Shown here: in pieces, positions 33,550-42,526 of the stretch
Numbering within the stretch: position 1 is the first letter of the stretch
How the letters are laid out: each line of letters starts with the position of its first letter
Origin: an uncultured Ruminococcus sp.
Lineage (GTDB): Bacteria > Bacillota > Clostridia > Oscillospirales > Acutalibacteraceae
Direction: 5' to 3'
Assembly (NCBI GenBank): GCA_902776375.1
Contig: CACYPV010000006.1
Coordinates: 893-64,892 of the forward strand
DNA: 64,000 bases
Translations under genes and position numbers: made by a program
Notes under the pieces: generated by a model
Databases searched by the model: none
Seen by the model: only the letters and a program-made list of their open reading frames with translations
What the model was told of the DNA's origin: nothing

Positions 33550-36500
33550 TTGGGGGGTGCCTCCGTCATACTGAGTCCAGCCGTTGCGATAAAGCGCATT
33601 GGTGTAGGGGATATCCTCCAAATCGCCGGTGATCTTGCTGTCATTTCCGCCGTCGCGGCTGAAGATGCAGCAGTTGTACTCCTCAAGACAGGTGTACATG
33701 TAGATGTTGCCTCCGACATTAGTCATGGGCTGTCCCGGCCAGCTTGCAGCGCTCTGGTTTGTGCCCTTCTTCCAAACATAGATGTAAGGAGTAGTGGTGT
33801 TGTGACCCGTCGCGTCAAAGTAGATGGTTCTGGTGCCCGCGGGCTGAGTGGGTGTAGTGGGCTGTGTAGGCTGTGTGGGCTGTGTGGGATCGTTGCCGCC
33901 AACGTTTACATAAGTGTTGGTGTAAGCGTGGTTGTCCATTTCAGCGAGGAACATCTGTATATAGGTGGCGTCCTTGATAGCGACCTTGCCGCTCTTGTCT
34001 ACGTCAGCCGCAGTATAAGCGTTGCCTGACAGGGCAATAAGCTCTGCGCAGTGTCTTTGGATCAGAGTAACGTCCTTGATGGTGATGCTTCCGTCAAGGT
34101 TAGCGTCGCCGAGGAGCACCTTGTCGCCGGTATCGGGCTGGGTGGGCTCGGTGGGAGCTTCGGTAGGCGCTTCGGTGGGAGCTTCGGTAGGCGCTTCGGT
34201 GGGTGCTTCGGTAGGCTCCTGAACCTCGGACCAGCTGCCGTTGGAGTAAAGCGCGTTCTGATAAGACGGCATTGTGATATCGCCGGTCTGGTTAGCCTTA
34301 TTGTCGCTGAACACGCACATATTATATGTTGCGGGGAAAGACGCGTAGTAGAGGTTGCCCTCGCCCTTGGTCATTGTGATGCCCGGCCAGGGCTTGTAAG
34401 GGTCATTGGAACCGGATTTCCAGACGTGGATGCAGGGAGTGGAGTAGTTCGCGCTCGAGTTGTCGAAGTAAACCGTGCGCATCGTGCCGGGATCGGGAGG
34501 CTCGGGAGTTTCAACTGTTTCGCCCTCGTAGTTCTTCCAGGTGGTCTTGTTGATGAGGATCTTATCGGTGCCCTCAATGTCGAAGCGGACGCCCTCTGCG
34601 GGATACTGCGCCTGACCGGAGCCGGCGTTGAATACTACAGCGCCCTCGTCGGCGAAGTCCTCGTCGACTTCATAGACGTAAAGACCGGTAGTGCTGTCAA
34701 ATTCCATAGCCTCGCCGGGCCAAGCCTTGATGCTTGAGGCGGAGTCGCCGTCGCCCTTGTAGACATAGATGTTGACGTTTGACCAGTTGTACTGGGTGTT
34801 GTCGAAGTAAACGTACGTAACGGCGCTGGGATCCTTCTTCTTATAAGAGAAGGTCATCTCGGAGGTTTCCACGGCGTTGGTGGCTGTCATGGTGACGTCA
34901 AAGCTGGCGCCGACCTCGATGCCTTCGCCGATCTCGAAGCTCTGTCCGTCAACAACGCGGAAGGGTGTTCCGCCCGCAACGGATACCATTGCGTAGTCCG
35001 CGCCGCGCAGGCTTACGGTTACGGTCATGCTGTCGTAGAAAGCTCTCTTTTCGCTCTTGAGCGACATGTTGATGGTGGACTGCGGTCCCGAGATCAGGAT
35101 AACGCCCTGAGGACCGGAGTTGAAGGTGGCGCAGCCGTTGGTTACGACCGCAGTAGTGCCGTCGTACTCGTTGGTGACGGTCTTGCCGCTCGCGAAGGTG
35201 GAGCCGAGGTTGACTGTGATATTTTGGTTGGCGGGTGCGCCGATGCAGCATACGACCGCGTCGCTTACATCTCCGTCGTCATAGGTACGCGCAAAGGTGT
35301 AGCCGGTAGATCCATTGTAGGCGGAAATAAGACGATGATCGCCCGCGCCGACCGCAACGTGATTGTTGCGGAACTTACCGACCTTTTGCCAGTGAGCAAG
35401 CACGTCGGTGTCGATGCTGTCCCAGTTCATGTCGCTGCGCAGCGAATGTCCGCTGCCGCCGTGGCCGTCGAATGACATGCCCGGTACCGTCGGACGGTTA
35501 GTTTCGTCGCCGTAGAAGGGCTGAACGCCGCCCGGCAAAAGCATGAGCGAGGTGCCCTGCCAGTAAAGGTCTCCGCGCGCAAGGTCGGAGTCGTGAGATG
35601 AGTTATAGGTAAGGACGTTGAAGTTGGGATCGCTGTTGATCCTGTCAGCGTAGTCCTGATAAACATTGTTGATGGAGGTCGGACCGTCAAGGCTTCTGCC
35701 TGAGTAGGAGAAGTTGATCATGGAATCAAAGCCGCCCACGGTGTGGTATTCGCTCTTGCCGGAGCCGTAGTCCCAGCATTCGCCGGTCATCCAGAAGTCT
35801 TCGTCCCAGTCTGCTCCGACGGCGGTGGGATTGTTTCTTCTCCAATTCTGGAGAGCGGTGACGCACTTGGTCTTGAGCTTCTTCCATGAAGCCAGCTCAA
35901 CGTGCTTTGCGGTGTCGCAGCGGAAGCCGTCAACGCCGTAGGTCTCGACCCACTCGGCGAGCCATGTGGTGAGGTAATCGGAAACTGTGCCGCTGCTGCC
36001 GTATTTAGCAATTTTGGTGTTGTAGGTGCCTGCCTTCTGCCATTTTTCCTGCAGGAAGGTAGGAATGGAAACGGAAGCGGTGGACTCGGTGCGGAAGTCG
36101 GGCAGACCGGCCAGGCAGCGGGTGATGTCGTCGCCGCCGTTACCGCCGGTATATCCGGGCAGACCGCTGCGAACCCAGCCGTTGCCCCACCAGCTTCCCC
36201 AGTCGGAAGCGGAGGATTTGTAGTCAATAAAGTCGTGGAAGCCGTCAACGCCGGTCAGCTTATACTTATAGGCGTCAATCGCGGATTTGTCGGTGATGGT
36301 GCCGTAGTTAAACTCCTCCATATCGACGATGTTGTTGTAGCCGGCGTGGTTCATAACGATGTCCATCACGATGCGGATACCGTGAGCGTGCGCGGTGTCT
36401 ACAAGGGTCTTGAACTCAGCCTTGGTGCCGAAGTTGGCGTCGGTTTCGGTGTAGTCCAGCACATAGTAGCCGTGGTAGGAATAGTGGGCAAAGTGACCGT

Positions 36501-36906
36501 CGCCGGAGTCAACATAGCCGTGGATCTGCTCGTAGGGAGCGGAGAGCCAGATGGCGTTTACGCCGAGGTCGTCAAAATAGCCCTCGTTGATTTTCTGGGT
36601 AAGTCCCTTGAAGTCGCCGCCGTGGAAGGTGCCGGGAGCGGTTTGCCAGCCGCTGAGCGGGTTTCCGTTGGCGTCAAGAGCTCTGCCGTATGAGTGGTCG
36701 TTTGAGGTGTCGCCGTTTGCAAAACGGTCGGTCAATAGAAAGTAGACGTTGGCGTTATCCCAAGAGAAATCGTCGGCACTTTCTATTCTGCTGTACCCTG
36801 TCGAAGCAGATTCAACGGTCGCGGCGGATGTTGTGGTGAATCCGACGGCGAGCATTGAAATGAGCATGGCAAAGCACAGCGCGAGTGAAATCGTTTTTTT
36901 CTTCAT
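33547..36906 (-). CDS. Secreted GH13 alpha-amylase with three CBM25/26-like starch-binding modules and an internal dockerin
   Basis: Signal peptide MKKKTISLALCFAMLISMLAVG. GH13 regions DIVMNHAG, GFRCDTAKHV, GECWD and YNSSHDSD. Three Y(F)D..W..(Y/H)VW/VY..(A/P/S)WPGxxMT modules. Dockerin GDANLDGSITIKDVT..ADVDKSGKVAIKDAT. Confidence 0.9.
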   Translation of the reverse strand: MKKKTISLALCFAMLISMLAVGFTTTSAATVESASTGYSRIESADDFSWDNANVYFLLTDRFANGDTSNDHSYGRALDANGNPLSGWQTAPGTFHGGDFKGLTQKINEGYFDDLGVNAIWLSAPYEQIHGYVDSGDGHFAHYSYHGYYVLDYTETDANFGTKAEFKTLVDTAHAHGIRIVMDIVMNHAGYNNIVDMEEFNYGTITDKSAIDAYKYKLTGVDGFHDFIDYKSSASDWGSWWGNGWVRSGLPGYTGGNGGDDITRCLAGLPDFRTESTASVSIPTFLQEKWQKAGTYNTKIAKYGSSGTVSDYLTTWLAEWVETYGVDGFRCDTAKHVELASWKKLKTKCVTALQNWRRNNPTAVGADWDEDFWMTGECWDYGSGKSEYHTVGGFDSMINFSYSGRSLDGPTSINNVYQDYADRINSDPNFNVLTYNSSHDSDLARGDLYWQGTSLMLLPGGVQPFYGDETNRPTVPGMSFDGHGGSGHSLRSDMNWDSIDTDVLAHWQKVGKFRNNHVAVGAGDHRLISAYNGSTGYTFARTYDDGDVSDAVVCCIGAPANQNITVNLGSTFASGKTVTNEYDGTTAVVTNGCATFNSGPQGVILISGPQSTINMSLKSEKRAFYDSMTVTVSLRGADYAMVSVAGGTPFRVVDGQSFEIGEGIEVGASFDVTMTATNAVETSEMTFSYKKKDPSAVTYVYFDNTQYNWSNVNIYVYKGDGDSASSIKAWPGEAMEFDSTTGLYVYEVDEDFADEGAVVFNAGSGQAQYPAEGVRFDIEGTDKILINKTTWKNYEGETVETPEPPDPGTMRTVYFDNSSANYSTPCIHVWKSGSNDPYKPWPGITMTKGEGNLYYASFPATYNMCVFSDNKANQTGDITMPSYQNALYSNGSWSEVQEPTEAPTEAPTEAPTEAPTEAPTEPTQPDTGDKVLLGDANLDGSITIKDVTLIQRHCAELIALSGNAYTAADVDKSGKVAIKDATYIQMFLAEMDNHAYTNTYVNVGGNDPTQPTQPTQPTTPTQPAGTRTIYFDATGHNTTTPYIYVWKKGTNQSAASWPGQPMTNVGGNIYMYTCLEEYNCCIFSRDGGNDSKITGDLEDIPYTNALYRNGWTQYDGGTPQ
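34144..34216. repeat. Tandem 12-nt coding repeat (TEAP linker) in the amylase gene
   Basis: GCTTCGGT(A/G)GG(C/A) repeated about 6 times, encoding (PTEA)n on the minus strand. Confidence 0.7.
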
Positions 36907-37090
36907 TCCAAAACTTCCTTTCTGTAAAAAAACTTCTATTTTTTGCAAATGAAACCGAGCGCTCATTTGCCCAGTTTACATTATAATAATAATAACATGA
37001 ATGTATTTTTTATTCAATATGGAATAGGCTATAGATTTACGGCGATTTTTCAATGATTTTTTGTGTAATTTTTTGCGTTTTTTCACAAAG

Positions 37091-37121
37091 AAAAAGCAGA
37101 CTTCGAAAAGCCTGCTTTTTT
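37091..37121 (-). terminator. Possible terminator between the cohesin/dockerin gene and the amylase gene
   Basis: An imperfect AAAAAGCAG..CTGCTTTTT stem with flanking A/T runs. Confidence 0.45.
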
Positions 37122-37135
37122 GTTCCGGAACGGAA

Positions 37136-38029
37136 TTATAATTCGGTTATGAAGCCCGCGAGATAACGCTGACCATAGGTCACGTCGCGGATGTTAACCT
37201 TGCCGTCTTTGTTGAGATCAGCCGCCGCGAAAACCGCGGGATCGGTGAGGTCAAGACCGTCGAATTCCGCCAGTATCCTTTGAAGCTCGGTGACGTCGTT
37301 GACGGAAACTTCGCCGTTGCTGTCGAGGTCGCCGGTCTTGTACTGAGCGGCGGGTGAAATGGCGGTGGAGAGAGTGGCGAGCCCGGAGCTTTCTTCGTTA
37401 ATAGAGCAACTTCTGATCAGATAGTACTGCGAATACGGCTCGGCTATGGTTTCATCGCAAAGGGTGATGGTGTCCATAACGCAGTTGACGGTCGTCTCTT
37501 TCGCGTCCTTGTCGAGCAGCTTGAACACCGCTTTAACGACGGTGATGGCGCTGCCGTCCTCGTTGTACGCGTATGCAGCCGGTGAAACAGAGGTGTAGTT
37601 GCCGACGATCCTGCCGTCGTTTTTGTCGCCGAAGGTGTTTACTATGCCGCCCCCGAGCCCCTGCTCGATGCCGAACGGGAAAACGTTGAGCCTGGGGGTC
37701 CTGCCAACAAGGATCTTGTTGTAATCTTCCTTGAACTCGAGAACGTTTTTGTCCCATGTCAGCTCGTCGAGATCGAGGTTGAGAATGTACATAGCGTTCG
37801 CTTGCAGTTTGTATTCAACGGTGATGAACACGTCGCCGTTATCGTCCTCGAACTGCGAAATATCATAGTAGGATGATTCGGAGCCGGGGAATATGTTTGA
37901 GGTGGCTTTGACAACAAACGGTTTTGCCTCGGCGTTCTCGGTCGCGCCGGCCGAAATGAAGCAGAACGAGCACATAAGAAGCGCCGCCGAAAGCGCTATT
38001 GCGGTTATTTTGCGGAAAAGATGTTTCAT
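37136..38029 (-). CDS. Secreted protein with one cohesin-like module and a C-terminal dockerin
   Basis: Signal peptide; module ..VFITVEYKLQANAMYILNLDLDELTWDKNVLEF..; dockerin GDLDSNGEVSVNDVT..ADLNKDGKVNIRDVTYGQRYLAGF. Confidence 0.7.
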   Translation of the reverse strand: MKHLFRKITAIALSAALLMCSFCFISAGATENAEAKPFVVKATSNIFPGSESSYYDISQFEDDNGDVFITVEYKLQANAMYILNLDLDELTWDKNVLEFKEDYNKILVGRTPRLNVFPFGIEQGLGGGIVNTFGDKNDGRIVGNYTSVSPAAYAYNEDGSAITVVKAVFKLLDKDAKETTVNCVMDTITLCDETIAEPYSQYYLIRSCSINEESSGLATLSTAISPAAQYKTGDLDSNGEVSVNDVTELQRILAEFDGLDLTDPAVFAAADLNKDGKVNIRDVTYGQRYLAGFITEL

Positions 38030-38111
38030 ATATTTACCTCCCGTGGTTTGATTCTTTTATTATACTACATTGCGCAATTTTTTTCAACATCTGTTTGCGG
38101 CATTTTGGTAC

Positions 38112-38140
38112 AAAAAAACACGCGGCATTGCTGCCGCGTG
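38112..38140 (-). terminator. Rho-independent terminator after the 428-aa cohesin/dockerin gene
   Basis: A CACGCGGCA..TGCCGCGTG stem is followed on the minus strand by TTTTTTT. Confidence 0.7.
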
Positions 38141-38155
38141 AATGTTTTGATTAAT

Positions 38156-39442
38156 TTAGAAAGCTGTAATGAAGCCTGCAACGAATCTCTGGAGCTGAGT
38201 TACGTCGCGGATGTTTATTTTGCCGTCGCGGTTAACGTCGGCAACAGCCAGATTAACGGCGCCGATGTTGGTGTACTCCGCAAAATATCTCTGCAGGGTG
38301 GTGGCGTCCTGAATGTTTACAACGCCGTCGTTGTTGACGTCGCCGAGCAGACCCTCGACAGCCGCGCCGAAGTCGACGTCGGTGGAATAGGTACCCTTAG
38401 CCTTGTTGGTTGCGTTTACGACCTTTTTGTCGATAGCGATGTACTGCATGTAGGGCTGAGAAACGGACTCGCTGCAGTAGGTGAGGGTGTCGATGTTACA
38501 GGTAACGGTGGTTTCGCCTGCGCTGAGATCCTTTACCTTGAACACTGCCTTTACAGCGGTGATCGGGTCGTTGTGTTCGCCGTATGCCCAAGCTGCGGGC
38601 TTAACGGAGGTGAAGTTACCGACGAGTCTGCCGGGAGCGGTGAGCTGGTAGGTTCCGGGGCCGAAGTTGTACTCGGCAGCAAAGGGGAACAGATCGACAA
38701 CGTTGCCGTACATGTTGTAGGATTCCTGCCACTCGAGAACGGCGGGATCGTAGGTGAGCTCGTCGATATCGATGTTGATGAGATACATGTTATTAGCCTG
38801 GAGCTTGTACTCTACGGTGACGTAAACGTTGCCGTCGGCAGCCTTGTAAAGGTTTACGTTATTGACGCTCTTGCTGCCCGCGGCGAAGAAGTTGGAAGCG
38901 GCGTTTACCTTGAAGGGAACTTCCTGCTGAACGACGCCGTTGTTGACGAGGATCTCGTCGCCGGTCGATGTTCTGTTCATCAGGTCTTCTACTTTAAGGA
39001 AAACACTTGCGTCGCCCGTGCCGATAGCCTTGAAGGTAAAGGTGAGGACGGTTGCGCCTTGTGCAAGCGTGAAGGGGGCGCCGTTGTTGGAGATGCTGCC
39101 CATTACGTTGTAGCCGGTCGCGTTGGGGTTGACGAGCATGTCGTCTGTGAATGCGGTCACGCCCTGATACTGGAGCTTTGTGCTGTCGTAGTTCATGCCC
39201 CACTGGATGCTGACAAGGCTGAGCTGCGCGGGGGTTTTGAAGGTCACGGTAACTGTCTGGTTGGTTTGAACGGTCACGGGTTCGCTTACCGTACAGTAGT
39301 TAGAGCTGCCCGTAACTGTGAGATTGGACGCTCCGACTGCGTCGGATGTTTCGGCAGCGGACGCCGATACAACCGCGAACACGCTGAAAAGCATGACAAC
39401 AGTCAGAAGGATGGATGAAATTTTTTTGAATGTTGTTTTCAT
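38156..39442 (-). CDS. Secreted protein with two cohesin-like modules and a C-terminal dockerin (paralogue of 37136-38029)
   Basis: Its second module (VYVTVEYKLQANNMYLINIDIDELTYDPAVLEW..) parallels the neighbouring gene. Dockerin GDVNNDGVVNIQDAT..ADVNRDGKINIRDVTQLQRFVAGF. Confidence 0.7.
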   Translation of the reverse strand: MKTTFKKISSILLTVVMLFSVFAVVSASAAETSDAVGASNLTVTGSSNYCTVSEPVTVQTNQTVTVTFKTPAQLSLVSIQWGMNYDSTKLQYQGVTAFTDDMLVNPNATGYNVMGSISNNGAPFTLAQGATVLTFTFKAIGTGDASVFLKVEDLMNRTSTGDEILVNNGVVQQEVPFKVNAASNFFAAGSKSVNNVNLYKAADGNVYVTVEYKLQANNMYLINIDIDELTYDPAVLEWQESYNMYGNVVDLFPFAAEYNFGPGTYQLTAPGRLVGNFTSVKPAAWAYGEHNDPITAVKAVFKVKDLSAGETTVTCNIDTLTYCSESVSQPYMQYIAIDKKVVNATNKAKGTYSTDVDFGAAVEGLLGDVNNDGVVNIQDATTLQRYFAEYTNIGAVNLAVADVNRDGKINIRDVTQLQRFVAGFITAF

Positions 39443-39575
39443 GGTGGCCCTCCTGTGGATTTTCTTATATTTATGTATCTATTATATAATACTTTTCCGT
39501 TTGTTGCAATCCAAAAAATCACCTTAATATTTGTTGGTTTTGTACATATATCAACCGTCAGGCGAGTGTTTTGCA

Positions 39576-40292
39576 CTAATGCGACTGCGAGCGCTTCCTG
39601 AGTTCTCTCAGGGTTATCTCGTAGCCGGCGCGCTCGTGGGTGAGCCAGTCGCTCTCGGGCGCTCTGCCGAGAAGCTTTTCGGCGAGGCAGGTGAGGAAGT
39701 GCGGATTCTTGATGAGCACGGGTCCCGTGAGGTGGGTGCAGAAAAGGTTGTTAAGGCGCGCACCCTCGTTTTTGTCGCCGTCATGGTTGCCGAGACCCAT
39801 CGTTACGGTGAAGAGCGGGTTTTTGACTCCTTTTATCTCGCTGCACTTGTTGATGAAGCCGACAAGCGGGCGGGTGAGGAAGTCGCACGCCTCCACAGCG
39901 TCGGCGGTCATGCGGGTCTTGTTTTGCTCGGTCACGGTGAAATCGAACAGTCCCAAACCGTCGTAGACGTTGCCCTGTGCGTCGGTGATGGTTTTGCCGA
40001 GCATTTCAAAGGAATTGCCGGTGAGCAGAATCACCTTGCCGCTGTCGACGCACGCCTTGAAGTCGTCCGCGTATTTTTTGAAGTCCTCAAGCACATAATG
40101 CATGTTGCGCTCGGTGCCGGAGCCGATGTAGATGAAGTCGTAGTCCGCAAGGACGGCGGTATCGGCAAGGCTGAGTTTGTCGACCGTGACCTCCTCGCCG
40201 CTCTTCTCGAGCACGCGCTTCATGGCGGAGACGTTGGCGTAGTCGCCGTAGAGGTTCATGATGTCGTGATATAAATGCAGGATCTTCATCAT
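39576..40292 (-). CDS. gatD: Lipid II isoglutaminyl synthase glutaminase subunit (CobQ-like GATase)
   Basis: MKILHLYHDIMNLYGDYANV.. is the typical GatD N-terminus. Overlaps murT by 4 nt. Confidence 0.85.
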   Translation of the reverse strand: MMKILHLYHDIMNLYGDYANVSAMKRVLEKSGEEVTVDKLSLADTAVLADYDFIYIGSGTERNMHYVLEDFKKYADDFKACVDSGKVILLTGNSFEMLGKTITDAQGNVYDGLGLFDFTVTEQNKTRMTADAVEACDFLTRPLVGFINKCSEIKGVKNPLFTVTMGLGNHDGDKNEGARLNNLFCTHLTGPVLIKNPHFLTCLAEKLLGRAPESDWLTHERAGYEITLRELRKRSQSH

Positions 40293-41617
40293 TGTTCCTC
40301 CTTTACCTTTACCAAAAACTTGCCCTTGTCGGAGAAGCAGGTGATGACGTACAGGTACTCCTTGCGGTCGCTGTTGAGGTAATCAGCCGCCTCGTCGATG
40401 CTTTCGAACAGCTTGATCTTGCTGTTTGGGATATCGGTGTAGGAGAAGCGCACCGCGAGGTCGTTGACGTATTTGCCCGCGAGGATTATCTCGTGGATGT
40501 TGGGGTTGTTGAGCATTTCGAAGTCGATGTCGTACAGCCACGAAACGTCGCTGGTGAAATACTTGCGGCTTACGGCGTCGACGATGAACATAACGTCGCA
40601 GCCCTCTTTGCAGGCGGAGGCGACGCGGATGGACTGGTCGTAGGATATAGAGTTCTCGTGCTTTGAGGTGAGCATGGTGCCCTTGCGGCTGCCGAGGGTG
40701 AAGGTGATGACCCTGCCGTTTTTGAGCACGTAGTCGTTCATGTCGGCGGCTATTTCGGCGCCGTTGACGCCCACAATGGATGCTACGGTGTACGCCGCGA
40801 GGATGTTGTAGATATTGTACAGCGACTTTAAGGCGAGGTGGATGGTGTGCCTGTTGTCGATGGTCATCTCTCCCCTGTCCATATCAAAGGAGGTGAGGGT
40901 GTACTTGGTGTTGCGGCGGTAGAAGCCGCAGTTGTCGCAACGGTAGTGGCCGATGTGGTTGTAGTGGTAGGCGCTGTAGATCATGGGCGCCTTGCATATC
41001 GGACAGTATGCGCCGTCGTTGTAAACGCTTTCGAGCGTGTCGGTGTCGGTGGAAAGCCTGTTGGCGCCGAACCAAACGACGTTGTCCCTGCCCTCTCCGA
41101 AGGAGGACACCAGCGGGTCGTCGGCGTTGAGGATGAGCTGAGTGCCGTCGGTGATGCTGTCGGCGAGAGCGTCGTAGACCCACTCGGGGTGACCGTTGCG
41201 CGTGAGCTGGTCGCGGTAGAGGTTGGTTATGACATAGTGGGTGGGCTTGATGTACTTAAAGGTATAGCGCGCGAAGCGTTCGTCGCTCTCGATAAGCAAT
41301 ATATCCGCCTTGACCTTGCCGCCGAGGGTGGAGCCGGCGAGCACAAGGGTGGTAACGCCCTCGATCTGGTTGGAGCCTTCCCTGTTCCACGCGACTTTTT
41401 TGCCGTTTTTTTGCAGGATGTGGGCTATCATCTCGACCGTTGAGGTCTTGCCGTTGCTGCCCGTCACCGCGATGATATACTGCGGAAGCTGCATGCGGCT
41501 GAGGATATCGGGGCAGAGCTTAAGCGCGACCTGACCCGGCTTGCTGCTGCCCTTGCCGATAAGCTTGCCAAGAAAGCGCAGGAGCTTGCAAATAAGGATT
41601 GTAAGGAATTTTTTCAT
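40289..41617 (-). CDS. murT: Lipid II isoglutaminyl synthase, Mur-ligase-like subunit
   Basis: VTGSNGKTST P-loop, internal Cys4 ribbon CPICKAP..CDNCGF, and a DUF1727-like C-terminus. Confidence 0.9.
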   Translation of the reverse strand: MKKFLTILICKLLRFLGKLIGKGSSKPGQVALKLCPDILSRMQLPQYIIAVTGSNGKTSTVEMIAHILQKNGKKVAWNREGSNQIEGVTTLVLAGSTLGGKVKADILLIESDERFARYTFKYIKPTHYVITNLYRDQLTRNGHPEWVYDALADSITDGTQLILNADDPLVSSFGEGRDNVVWFGANRLSTDTDTLESVYNDGAYCPICKAPMIYSAYHYNHIGHYRCDNCGFYRRNTKYTLTSFDMDRGEMTIDNRHTIHLALKSLYNIYNILAAYTVASIVGVNGAEIAADMNDYVLKNGRVITFTLGSRKGTMLTSKHENSISYDQSIRVASACKEGCDVMFIVDAVSRKYFTSDVSWLYDIDFEMLNNPNIHEIILAGKYVNDLAVRFSYTDIPNSKIKLFESIDEAADYLNSDRKEYLYVITCFSDKGKFLVKVKEEQ

Positions 41618-41760
41618 ATCGTTCTCCGTTTAATAGTAGATTACTTTTTTATTATAATATCAATGGTTTATAATTTCAAGTTGTTAAGAGAATAATAAAA
41701 ACGTTTGAATAAAAAATTTGCGGCGGTGAATAATAAAGACATCAACAAGGAGGTTTTAAT

Positions 41761-41934
41761 ATGACAGAAAAAGAATTGCTTTATGTTGAAGACGCGCTGG
41801 GTCACGAACAGCATTTTCAGACGCAGTGCCAAACGACCGCCGAACAGATACAGGACGGCGACCTGAAAAGCTTTGCGCGCGAGCAGGAGCAAAAGCACCG
41901 CGCGATATTTGAGAGCTTTTACGATTTGCTGTAA
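41761..41934 (+). CDS. 57-aa small protein usually paired with CotF-like spore coat proteins
   Basis: Absent from the ORF track. MTEKELLYVEDALGHEQHFQTQCQ..; its stop lies 12 nt upstream of the CotF-like gene start, and a GGAGGA SD for that downstream gene follows the stop. Confidence 0.5.
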   Translation: MTEKELLYVEDALGHEQHFQTQCQTTAEQIQDGDLKSFAREQEQKHRAIFESFYDLL

Positions 41935-41946
41935 GGAGGAAACGAC

Positions 41947-42189
41947 ATGGATGACAAACAGCTTATGGAGAACCTTTTGCTATTGGAAAAGGGAGCCTGC
42001 GACCTGATGCTGCACGGCACGGTCGAAAGCGCGAGCCCCAACGTGCACCGCGCGTTCTCGACCTCGCTGAACGCCTCGCTGCAAATGCAGGAGCAGATCT
42101 ACGACAAAATGCAGGAGAAGGGCTGGTACCCCAGCCAACAGGTGGAAAGGCAGAAAATCGAGCAAGTAAAGCAGAAGTTTTCGTGCTGA
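41947..42189 (+). CDS. Spore coat protein, CotF-like (Coat_F domain)
   Basis: LLLEKGACDLMLHGTVESASPNVHRAF..LQMQEQIYDKMQEKGWY is the Coat_F pattern. Confidence 0.75.
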   Translation: MDDKQLMENLLLLEKGACDLMLHGTVESASPNVHRAFSTSLNASLQMQEQIYDKMQEKGWYPSQQVERQKIEQVKQKFSC

Positions 42190-42526
42190 CAAAAGATTAG
42201 ATGCCAGAGGCTAGATGCCAGAGGCTAGATGCTAGAGGCTGGAAGCTAGAGCAGAAACGTTGCAAAAAAGAAGGCTCCCCTGCGTAAGGGGAGCCTTTCG
42301 TATAGCTAAACGTTTGTGCTTACATCAGTGTTGCGTAGTGACAGCCCTTGCGGCTGTCATTTCGCCGCAGGGCGGCGAATACTCTCATCCGACCAATTCG
42401 CAAAGCGAATTGCCCACCTTCCCCACAAGGGGGAAGGCTTTAACATAGCTAAACGCTTCCGCTAATTCATCTAGCATCTAGCTTCTAGCCTCTAGCTTCT
42501 AGCCTCTAGCTTCTAGCCTCTAGCTT
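42190..42526. repeat. Large composite palindromic element: CTAG-word arms enclosing five short stem-loops
   Basis: The left arm (42196-42253) is complementary to the right arm (42466-42526). Hairpins at 42271-42297, 42339-42359, 42361-42379, 42394-42412 and 42417-42437. Confidence 0.85.

Noticed and set aside
33550-33719. N-terminal part of track ORF 33225..33719(-), which overlaps the amylase 3' end.
   Set aside because: Upstream of the G/C run this frame merely overlaps the real amylase frame and yields low-complexity sequence. Only the part downstream of 33549 looks like genuine (frameshifted) coding sequence.
42196-42526. CRISPR array interpretation of the tandem short repeats (also at 26172-26240, 44296-44385 and 63432-63535).
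   Set aside because: The repeat unit is only 7-8 nt with no unique spacers of CRISPR size. The arrays occur as inverted pairs, and no cas genes are in the window.
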